From Dudresnaya verticillata (taxonomy: Eukaryota), in the NCBI GenBank assembly GCA_977862235.1, contig OZ374559.1, positions 1,116,001 to 1,180,000 of the forward strand: a stretch of 64,000 bases of DNA, written 5' to 3'. Numbering within the stretch: position 1 is the first letter of the stretch; the number at the start of each line of letters is the position of its first letter. The notes under the pieces are model-generated. The model saw only the letters and a program-made list of their open reading frames with translations, did not search any database and had not been told where the DNA came from. This document shows, one piece after another, positions 48,060-57,790 of this stretch. The translations under genes and the position numbers were made by a program.

Positions 48060-48467
48060 ATGGCCAGGACCAAACAGACTGCCCGTAAGTCCACCGGAGG
48101 CAAGGCCCCGCGTAAAGAGCTCGCCAACAAGGCCGCTCGGAAATCCGCCCCGGTCTCAGGCAGCTTGAAGAAGCCGCATCGCTTCCGGGCAGGTACTGTT
48201 GCCCTTCGCGAGATCCGCAAGATGCAGAAATCGACCGACCTGCTCATCCGCAAGCTCCCGTTCCAGCGTCTTGTGCGTGATGTCGCGCAGGGCTTCAAGT
48301 CCGACCTACGCTTCCAGAGCACCGCCATCCTTGCGCTGCAGGAGGCTTCCGAGGCTTTCCGAGTCAGCTTGTTCGAGGACTCCAATTTGTGCGCGATCCA
48401 CGCAAAGAGAGTCACTATTATGCCCAAGGACATCCAGCTAGCCCGTCGCTTGCGTGGAAAGCGCTAG
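48060..48467 (+). CDS. H3: Histone H3, divergent variant (135 aa)
   Basis: [18 protein letters not shown]...[17 protein letters not shown]; intact intronless ORF; about 24 substitutions versus canonical H3. Confidence 0.97.
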   Translation: MARTKQTARKSTGGKAPRKELANKAARKSAPVSGSLKKPHRFRAGTVALREIRKMQKSTDLLIRKLPFQRLVRDVAQGFKSDLRFQSTAILALQEASEAFRVSLFEDSNLCAIHAKRVTIMPKDIQLARRLRGKR

Positions 48468-50152
48468 TAGCTACTTGTTCACGGACAAACTTATTTGCTA
48501 TTTTGTTTGACTGTCAACAAGAGAATTACGCTTACAAGACCCGGTGACTTTTCTATAGACTGCTTCCGAAGGGCTACTTGGTGCATGCAGCACCAGAAAG
48601 AGAGGACCCTTAGATGGCAGCTTCATTTGAGACTGATACGATTGGCTATCAGGGACTGGTAGCGGAACAGAACATACCAGATGGAGTGTCAAACGCTTGG
48701 ACTTACCAGCAGGATGCAATCAAATCATTCAAGGTCAACTCAAAGCCCTTGATAGAAAGACGAGGTGGATTCGAGCGAGAGATAATTGTTGCATTACCCA
48801 CCCTCCGACGCAGATTCCAGACTATGATCCTTCTTGCATGTGGAATAAGGATTTGAAGAAGAGCCGCATTCGTGAAGAGATTTGCATTCATCTGCATATA
48901 CTACCTCGGATTCTGTCCGGCTACTAGTCGCAGTATGCGCCATCAGGAGATCATCATCAGTGGCTTGAGACTTGTTCACCGAGACATCGGCATGAAGCCA
49001 TTCTTCTTGCAGGAAGCGTTGGGTGTTCATCTCTCGTAGTAGTTGATGCAACGAAAGCTGCCAAGTATATTGATGTGTTTTCGTGGTCATATGATACCCT
49101 CCACATGCGCTCGTTGCCGAAGCAGGTGCCCTGAAAATAATTTCGTAAAGTTTGATGCCTTATGAAAGTATGTTCTGGTCAAGTAGTAACAGTCACTTGC
49201 TCTTCCACAGTCTTGAGGCGACCGTCATCCGCGAAAAACCTTAGCTCGTGCCCGTCTTCCCTTTAAAAAAGTCGTGCAGAGAAACGCAGGACATTTGTGA
49301 CGAATGAATAGCAATGGCTTCTGAAAGATCAATCGCTATAGCAGTACGTCAACTTGAGCGCTGTGATGCGAGCGAGAAGATCATGGCTCGATTGAGCGAC
49401 GAGTCTTGTGCGAAGGTTAAGTGAGTCTGGGGCGTCGTTTATTTTGTGTCATGTACAGCCTTGTATCGGAATGAAGAGGTACTCTGGAGAATAGAGAGTC
49501 CTACCGAGCGTCCTACAAAGGGTCCACTTGTGCAAATATCGACGATATTCAGATTGTACTTTGTTACACATCGGAGGATAGCATCCGATAAGCCTATCGG
49601 ATCGATTGAACTAGCTCAACCCTGGCAGCGCTCTACGTTAACACTATAGTAGTATTCTAAGCGTATATATGGACGCTTCGAGTATCAGCCCCTGCCAAAA
49701 TCGGACAAGTTCCGTCCTTTCTCCCGCCCACCTACACTCATTTCATTCTTCTTCTGGCTTTCACCATTCAAGTTACCGTCCTTTCTGGTCATGCAGACCT
49801 TTGCACACTTTGCCCATACGGCACTTTCCTAGCATTACTCATCTCTGAAAGAAGTGCGACTTTACAATAAAGGCAACATTTCCTTTTCGTGCCTAAAAGG
49901 GGTTCCGATGGACTCAAACGCTCCGGATTAGGTGCTGATTTCGGCTGCGGTAGCGATGGCGTTCGGTGGCATGCGGGAGAGAATGACTTGGGCAGTGCTC
50001 GACCATATTGCGTAACTGAGCTGCTAAGGCGAGTCAGGCCTATATCTTTTATTTTCTGTCTGGAAAGGGTCAGGTTTTCTGTGCAGCTATCCTACTTGCG
50101 GGCGAGGTCAAAAAAAGGAAGTTCGGGATCGTGCTGCTACAGTGTTACAAAC

Positions 50153-50235
50153 GTTCGTGTCGTATAATGGTCAAGAAGGCCTCTGTATATCTCGCTGTCA
50201 CCGAGGAGATCCGGGTTCAATTCCCGGCACGAGCT
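50153..50235 (+). tRNA. tRNA-Asp(GTC) with an 11-nt insertion (putative non-canonical intron, 50174-50184) at position 21/22
   Basis: Acceptor GTTCGTG/CACGAGC, D stem GTAT/GTAT, anticodon arm TCTCG-CTGTCAC-CGAGG, T arm CCGGG-TTCAATT-CCCGG; upstream CAA; downstream T8. Confidence 0.85.
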
Positions 50236-50246
50236 AAACATTTCTC

Positions 50247-50254
50247 TTTTTTTT
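50247..50254 (+). terminator. RNA polymerase III oligo-T terminator
   Basis: T8 run 11 nt after the tRNA 3' end. Confidence 0.7.
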
Positions 50255-50404
50255 ACTATTGCGGCCACTGAAGCTCACTACTCACCTACTTTCATTGGTC
50301 CCCTTATTAGCATTACTTGCCGTAAGCTACAGTATCTCCCCATCCCATTAGCAGTACAGTACACTATACAGTACTGTAGTACTGTACAGCAGTTCTGCTT
50401 CCTA

Positions 50405-50475
50405 CGCTCCCTTAAGGGACTCCTCTCTTGTCATTGAGAAAGGTCTCTCTCTCTCTCTCTCTATCTATCTCTCTC

Positions 50476-50510
<35 letters not shown>
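50405..50510 (+). repeat. CRE-type 3' tail followed by an expanded (CT)n microsatellite
   Basis: CCCTTAAGGG hairpin, AAAGG, then ~67 bp of (TC)n with few interruptions. Confidence 0.85.
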
Positions 50511-50518
50511 TTTCTCTT

Positions 50519-50652
50519 CACTTCAATTCAATTCAATCTGTCGCGGTGGCTGTTAAGCGACGTTCACTCTTCGACCGTCGCCTTTCACATGAGTTTTATT
50601 AGTTAGGCGCCCTTACGGGGCTGTAGTCTTTCCTATGCATAAAGGTCTCCAC
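50519..50652 (+). mobile_element. 5'-truncated CRE/RLE-type 3' end inserted at the end of the (CT)n tract, 12-bp TSD CTCTTTTCTCTT
   Basis: Close match to 56610-56729; TSD at 50507-18 and 50653-64. Confidence 0.85.
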
Positions 50653-51559
50653 CTCTTTTCTCTTTTTATTTATCGCAAATAACAAATCGTATATAACGTT
50701 TTGTCGCTCGTTACGGTCAGAACAAAATCCAACCATTAACGGAAATCCGTCATGCCGTGTTGGGTAGACATACTTTCAGAACCATAGCCGCATTAGTTTT
50801 CGGAAGTAGCCACGACAACGCTCATTCAGAAAGAAGAGTACCAGATCACTCTGCCCAACGTCAATCTTATAGGGAATACAACAGTTGCGACAACGATACC
50901 ACTGCAGAGGCCACATGATTTCTCTCACCCGGGCATCCAGCCCAAGCACCATTCTGCCTAGCATCCAAGACTTGTTCGGTTGATAATGCCCTACAACTGT
51001 GAACACATCGTTCCCAGAGATGGATTAGATTGAATCCGAGCTGTTGATGTCGACTTCAAGGGTACAGATTGAACAATCCTGCCTACGAGTAACTAGAAAA
51101 TATTTCAACCGACCTGAGCATGTTTGCTCTCCGTCACTTGCCTACCCGTACCCAGGGTTGTATGCAAAAAAAGCCCTTCTGATAAACGAAGACGGGGCAA
51201 GTTTGTGATGCAGTTCCAAGCCCAACGCTTTTTATAGGACCGTTTGTTCAACAAACCTCCAACTCTGCCGCAGCGATTCGGACGATGCGCGGTGGGCGGT
51301 CACACGATCAAGTTTCATGTAGCCTCGAGTCAAAGCCAGTCGTACAACTAGATTCATCACGAGTCGGTTATCTGTTATAAAAAAGAACCACACACACGCT
51401 ATCGCAGGGTTAGTGGCAGCCTGGGGATGGAACTCCATACCATGGTGATGTATACTTATGGGCGCACTGGAGCAGGATTTGAACGTGGAATTCATCGTAT
51501 TGCTTCTATCATGGCTGTGAATAAGGGTACCTCCCCTTCTGTCGAAAAGCCTTAACTTC

Positions 51560-51700
51560 CTACAGGTCTTGTGTCTCTTGCTCTCCAAGGTGTACCTCTC
51601 AGCGTCAACCGGCGCAAACTTTCCTTCCCTCTGCTGAGTGACAGTCCTTTAGCTCCCTTATGGGGTTTCTTGCCATTCGTGAGTAAAGTTGGACTATCTC
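51560..51700 (+). mobile_element. Decayed CRE/RLE-type 3' end
   Basis: LVSLALQGVPLSVNRR; CTCCCTTATGGGG hairpin; GTAAAG tail; no TSD seen. Confidence 0.65.
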
Positions 51701-52244
51701 TCTCAGAATAGAGGCAGCTGTTTTCCCAGTAATCGATATGTTGAATATCTTTCGCATTGCACTTCTCTGTCAGGATATGATACGGGTCCAGCGCAGTGGA
51801 CACACTCGCTCCTCTGAGGATACTTGTGGGGCCAGACGCACATTTTACGCAAAAATCGACAACAATCGACTTTCAATGCCAGGGTTGTCGCTTACCATAC
51901 GACACTGCTGGAGCCCTATCCAGTGGTGTTCTTCCCTCCTCGAGACTTTCGAGGCCGCACCAAAGCTTGCAAGTGCCTTGGTCCGCCTGTAAGGATCAAA
52001 AGGGCAACGTTACCGTTACGTTACTTGCTTGCTGAGAGCACACAAGACACTCAGGCACACTCCAATTAAAAGTGTTTGTCTCCTTCCTAAATCTCCACTC
52101 GTGAACAGTATGTGCTTACGGTGGCTACACTTACTGCCCACTGGAATTATTTCCCTATGCTCACGCCTTTAAGTCTCAGTTTAATACAGAATCACAAGAA
52201 CGGTTTTACTAACAGGCTTCAGTAAGCCTTGAAAGTAGTTTAAG

Positions 52245-53876
52245 CACTCGCCCCTAATGCATTTTTTCCACTGCCCGGGGTTTCTGCTCGTCTTGTCAGG
52301 CGTGTCTACCCTACAGATCGTACGGTTTGAGCAATTCGCTTGCCGACAAAGCTACATGGCAGAGGAAGAGTTGTTTACTTTGCGTTGGAAGCTCAATCCT
52401 CCATTTGTACACTGAGCAGAAGTTGCTGAGGTGGCTGAGCTTATGACATGCATGGTCTTGTGACTACTGCGTCTCGTGTAGGGGAAACTTACGTTATCTT
52501 CCATTTACAGGTCCAATGGTCCGCCCAACCTTTACACTCACAAGGACAGCTCTGCGAATGCAATCCAAACAAGGTGTAGCTTTCCGCGCAGGACCCGCGA
52601 CGTGAATCTCGATACTTCTTGTGTCAAAGGATTCAGGGAGCTCTGTTTAGAAAAAGAAAAGTTACACTCAATGATGAGACAATAGCAACGGCCTGGGCGT
52701 TTAAAGAAAACAACACACCTCCGATCTGTGCCAACTTATTTCATGCCTATTCACGAGAACGATGGCTTCGCGTTGATAATTGAGAATGATTGAAAAAGAA
52801 GCCACCATTTGGTTAAGGGCTATGGGATGCCCGAACCATGTCTTCGGTATCTAGATGGCTCAAATCTGTAATGCCTGCGTACAATATCTCTCTCTTGTCT
52901 TGCTATACGCCCGGACAGATATTTTAATCACAATGTAACTGGGAATATTAATATGTCTGTTTCAGCAGAGCTGTGATTACTTCTTGGACGGCGATCATGA
53001 ACATTCTGCAATATCTTGAATCCTGGAGATGCCACCACTCTTTTGCTTTGAAGTAGAAGATGCATCGGTTGAATGCATCTCGTGTCATCTCGAGAAATCT
53101 ACAATGAGCAGAATCTAGGAGATATGTTCGTCGATCAATAGGACGGCTTAATGAGAAATATATCTGAATTGAACCGCTTACTTCTAACTCGTAAGCGTTC
53201 TACTTCATTCCACTCAATCCCTTCGCATATTTATCTTGACAACACGGCCATAACTCGTCTCGCAATCGGAGAGAACTCCAATTCTCTTTCCGAGATAAGG
53301 ATCAAACGGGGCTTAGTTACTGCGATCTGCGCGCTTTTTATCCCCTTATTATCGTGTTTGAGTAGTTCTGTGAGAACCATAGTCATCTCGTGATCTGTGG
53401 GGACTGTTAATGTGTACATCTTTAACAGTAAAATTTCAAAGACAATAATAGTTCGGCACTCCTGAAACAACAATGGGTCCAGGACCTCAAGACTGGTATA
53501 GTGCTGGTGATTAAGCACATGCGAGACTCAGTGAAGAGTTCCAGACAAAGCCCCTTTTCAAACATTTCGATGGCACAGATATATTTCAACAACTTGTTTG
53601 TGCCGATACTAGCGAATCTTCTGAACGAATTACATGTATTTCTCATCACTGCATATCTCACGGTTGCAGGACAGTTCTGGAACGCTGCACAAAAATCTTT
53701 CTCCTCTTCCGCGACTACATCCGTATTTTCTCGCTTCTCCCAGTCCGATATACGCATGAAATGCAATAGAAGTTTGTTCTGATTATGCGATATCCCAGTC
53801 CCCAAAGCAGAACTGCTAAGAATATGAATATGCCCAGATCTTTCGAGACCATACTTCTCAGAAGGAATTTTCATCT
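52245..53876 (-). pseudogene. Decayed coding sequence of unknown family, copy 1
   Basis: Fragmented minus-strand ORFs (53422-53874, 53231-53518); colinear diverged direct copy at 60655-62200. Confidence 0.55.
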
Positions 53877-54107
53877 ATAAAAAAAAACTGGACATGGAAC
53901 TGCTGTTCAGCGACCGCGTTCTCTATATAAAGCGAAAGATCGAATCCAGACAACGACCTCTCCGACACAACAACACAAACCGACCATCGGTACCATCAAA
54001 GCCCAGCCTCGAGAAATCCACGTTGCCACAAGCTCAAATAGAGAAACGCATTTCCAAGCTACTGTGATCAGAAGGTGTTCGACCAGCACAACTCCCACAA
54101 AATCGCC

Positions 54108-54839
54108 ATGAATGTTACCTTCCTGTTCTTCACCATTGCTTTGTTGGCATGTGCCTTCGCTACACCCCAGGTCGTCATTGACAGCATCAGGGTTCTTGAC
54201 GATGCTGAACTGCAGGATTTTGCAATTGTGCCCAATCTAACTCGTGCTCCATCTGAGGTCGCAGTTTATGCCGTCCATAGCACGAAGTCCGGATACGCCC
54301 GTACCACCAACGTCGGGCTTACTGTGCAGAAGGGCACCAGTGGGACTCTGCACTTCAGAATTCATGTATACGCAACGACGACATCAGTTTTACACGAGCT
54401 TTCTAAAGAATACGAGAAGTCTCTCACTAAGACTGAACTGAAGAGCTTGAAGGCTCAGAAGAAGCTCTCCAAAGGAGCTTACGATATTCCGTGGCTGAAG
54501 ACTCTCGGCATCGATCTCGATAAGGGCACCAGTCAATATGACTTGGAGCGGGAGTTCCAATTGCAGAACCGTTACAATAATCGGTCAACTACAGCTAAGA
54601 AACTGCTCAAGAGTGTTATTGAGCAGAATCTTGAGGTGACTGGTCATCTTACTGCACATGGTATCAGCTACGTCCCAACTACCGTTTATTCGTTCATCAA
54701 GTTTGCGAGGATATATCTCACAGACGGTACCTACAAGACAGTTATCTCCAAGCATCCAGGAAGTCTGGAAGCCGCTACTAAGGACGGTAAGAGCGTTGCT
54801 CCTTCAGACAACGGCGGGATCAAGATTATGTCGCTCTAA
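54108..54839 (+). CDS. Secreted protein of unknown function, paralog 2 (243 aa)
   Basis: Intact ORF; signal peptide; TATATAAA at ~53924; homologous to 39038. Confidence 0.9.
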   Translation: MNVTFLFFTIALLACAFATPQVVIDSIRVLDDAELQDFAIVPNLTRAPSEVAVYAVHSTKSGYARTTNVGLTVQKGTSGTLHFRIHVYATTTSVLHELSKEYEKSLTKTELKSLKAQKKLSKGAYDIPWLKTLGIDLDKGTSQYDLEREFQLQNRYNNRSTTAKKLLKSVIEQNLEVTGHLTAHGISYVPTTVYSFIKFARIYLTDGTYKTVISKHPGSLEAATKDGKSVAPSDNGGIKIMSL

Positions 54840-55134
54840 GTGTTGAGACTTGAGAGCTGTGGCTTGATGGATTGCAACCTGGTTACGATACAAATCTGGA
54901 TTCCAAGTAAGATATATTAGAGAGCATGCGAGGGTAAGCATTGCATATATTTTCGCGTGGTATAGTTGGTCGATTGCACCTTGACATGTAAATGTACTGT
55001 TGTCATATCTGATATAAGAGGCGGGGTTTTCAGCTACATAGTTTCTAGAACAGGTAGCGAACTTCTTCAAAGGTAGTACGAGAGTTGCCCAGACGTCAAG
55101 GAAATCGTCTCTTGTATTTCTCTGAGCATTCTGC

Positions 55135-55217
55135 TTTCATTCATTATGAATATATGAGTAAAGCATTCATTAGGGGTTTCCGCCGTTCGTCTTGCTTCAA
55201 CAAAGTTGTGATGATGA
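55135..55217 (+). mobile_element. 83-bp retroposed (TGA)n-tail fragment, 12-bp TSD TGAGCA(T/G)TCTGC
   Basis: Matches 35990-36045; TSD at 55123-34 and 55218-29 with one mismatch. Confidence 0.85.
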
Positions 55218-56486
55218 TGAGCAGTCTGCAATAACCAATAGACATAATTTCTTTTAATCTATGAAATCAATAGACTGGTTAGAAGATTTTCCCGTCGTCG
55301 TATACGGGAGCCTGTCAGGAGGATTTGCTTGGAATGCCACCGCAGCAAGGGAGGGCTGGAGCGGCAGGTGGTGAGAAGTGTCGAAGGAGTGGGAGCTCTC
55401 GAGTGGTCCGCGCGTGTGGTCACAATGTGACACCAAAATGTGCGTCGTGTTGGAGACTATAGCACCGAGTCATAGTGCTGCAATGTAGTTCTGCTCAGGT
55501 CTAGCTGCTACGTATCTGTCTCCTGTCACCACCGCCGCCGCCGTCGTCGCTGTCTCTATTGACAAGTAGACAACGCAACGGGTATTTGTGCGCGCGGCGG
55601 GCGCGGTGGCAGAGTCTCGTTAAGGGTAGAGATCTTCACAACCTCTCACGCACATCCAGTTTCATCGTAGACCGGACGAGGCTTGGAACAAGACGCATTG
55701 GCCGTTCAGCGTCCTCTCCGGGAGTTTTCGTATCTTTTCCAAGGCAGCCTTCTTTTCACCACGGGTCATCGTCAGAATACAATCCTACTGACGAGGAATG
55801 ATATTCCTTGTCTTCAACGCCAAACGACGTTGGATTCTACAGATGAACATCATCTTGACAAACCCTAGAGGCCCCAGGGTAAAGAAAACAATATAGATAA
55901 GCAAACGCTCTCTTCTCTCTGCAGATAACAAAGTATGTACTGACTGGACTGCAAGAAAGTCCATTCCAGATGATTTTTCCTAACTCACCTGGAAGGCCCC
56001 CCGGCGCGCATGCCAATAGTAGCCGTGAATCGCTCCAATACCAGCTTGTGGGATTCTTTACTATCGTTTAAAGCAGTTCTGGTTACCCCTGAAGGATCGG
56101 TAGGTTGTTCCTTCTTTACGTAAAGTGTTCTACTACTGGTTACGCACAATAGAGAAATTGCTCCAACCAATCTAACCCAGGCCAAGTTCTGAATCCTCCC
56201 AGCTGTATTTGCCATTTCTAGCCAGTGCGGTGCTCAGGACAAGGCCTAGGGACTACCCGCACCTTCAACTTAAAGTGCTCCGACTTTCGGTCTTTAGAAT
56301 AAACTACCACGTCACAGGTGAAGAGCGGATGGGAGGAAAACAAGAACAGCGGAACAGCGGATGCTGACCACGGAGAGTTTTGAGGAGGAGCGCGAGCACA
56401 GTGACTCCACGCAATGTGGGCAGCGGATGTGCCGCAGGCTACAAGTAAAATCATGCGGTTTCTGGAACGTCTCAACGCCGTTAAAC

Positions 56487-56796
56487 GCGCTCCTCCGCCT
56501 CTTTACGGTAACTCTGATTCCGTATGCGTGGCGAATTTCCTAGCTGCTATGAAAGGTACTTCGCCGATATCTGAGAAACTATCTCTTCTCACCCACCTCA
56601 CCTCTCTTGTACTTCAATCTGTCGCGGTGCCTGTTAACCGCCGTTTACTCTTCGACCGTCGCCTTTCAGATGAGTTTTAGATAAGCCCCCTTACGGGGCT
56701 GTAGTCTTTCCTATGATAAAGGTCTCCATCTCTGATTCCGTAAAGCCCTCTTAAGGGGTTTCTCTCTTGTTCCTTAATAAAGGCCTCTCTCTCTCT
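56487..56796 (+). mobile_element. Nested CRE/RLE 3' ends: inner insert 56525-56729 (13-bp TSD CTCTGATTCCGTA) within an outer copy resembling 41905-41990
   Basis: TSD at 56512-24 and 56730-42; inner NFLAAMKG...VAVPVNRR*; both tails end TAAAGG(T/C)CTC. Confidence 0.85.
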
Positions 56797-57058
56797 GTTA
56801 AACTCCGGAGAAAACTCCGCTTCAGCCGCAATAAAATGAGCCGCTCCCGCTACTTCAGTCATTTGGTACGCAGATCCCCTTCATATTCGTTCCTCGAAAC
56901 GCCAAACTTTGCATTGGAGGAATATAGACCAACTATGCCACGCGAAAATATATGCAATGCTCACCCTCGCATGCTCTCTAATATATCTTACTTGGAATCC
57001 AGATTTGTATCGTAACCAGGTTGCAATCCATCAAGCCACAGCTCTCAAGTCTCAACAC

Positions 57059-57790
57059 TTAGAGCGACATAATCTTGATCCCGCCGTTGTCTGAAGGAGC
57101 AACGCTCTTACCGTCCTTAGTAGCGGCTTCCAGACTTCCTGGATGCTTGGAGATAACTGTCTTGTAGGTACCGTCTGTGAGATATATCCTCGCAAACTTG
57201 ATGAACGAATAAACGGTAGTTGGGACGTAGCTGATACCATGTGCAGTAAGATGACCAGTCACCTCAAGATTCTGCTCAATAACACTCTTGAGCAGTTTCT
57301 TAGCTGTAGTTGACCGATTATTGTAACGGTTCTGCAATTGGAACTCCCGCTCCAAGTCATATTGACTGGTGTCCTTGTCGAGATCGATGCCGAGAGTCTT
57401 CAGCCACGGAATATCGTAAGCTCCCTTGGAGAGCTTCTTCTGAGCCTTCAAGCGCTTCAGCTCAGTCTTAGTGAGAGACTTCTCGTATTCTTTAGAAAGC
57501 TCGTGTAAAACTGATGTCGTCGTTGCGTGTACATGAATTCTGAAGTGCAGAGTCCCACTGGTGCCTTTCTGCACAGTAAGCCCGACATTGGTGGTACGGG
57601 CGTATCCGGACTTCGTGCTATGGACGGCATAAACTGCGACCTCAGATGGAGCACGAGTTAGATTGGGCACAATTGCAAAGTCCTGTAGTTCAGCGTCGTC
57701 AAGAACCCTGATGCTGTCAATGACGACCTGGGGTGTAGCGAAGGCACACCCAAACAAAGCAATAATGATGAACGAAGTTTTGAGGGCCAT
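57059..57790 (-). CDS. Secreted protein of unknown function, paralog 3 (243 aa)
   Basis: Intact ORF; mature part differs from paralog 2 at about 3 residues; different signal peptide N-terminus. Confidence 0.9.
   Translation of the reverse strand: MALKTSFIIIALFGCAFATPQVVIDSIRVLDDAELQDFAIVPNLTRAPSEVAVYAVHSTKSGYARTTNVGLTVQKGTSGTLHFRIHVHATTTSVLHELSKEYEKSLTKTELKRLKAQKKLSKGAYDIPWLKTLGIDLDKDTSQYDLEREFQLQNRYNNRSTTAKKLLKSVIEQNLEVTGHLTAHGISYVPTTVYSFIKFARIYLTDGTYKTVISKHPGSLEAATKDGKSVAPSDNGGIKIMSL

Noticed and set aside
48060..48467. Centromeric H3 (CENH3)
   Set aside because: The N-terminal tail is canonical in length and sequence, loop 1 is not extended, and Q68 and F84 are retained.
50153..50235. 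This tRNA-Asp as primer for element B or C
   Set aside because: Its 3' end (GCACGAGCT+CCA) is not complementary to either PBS (TGGCGAGCAT, TGGTCTCCCGACC).
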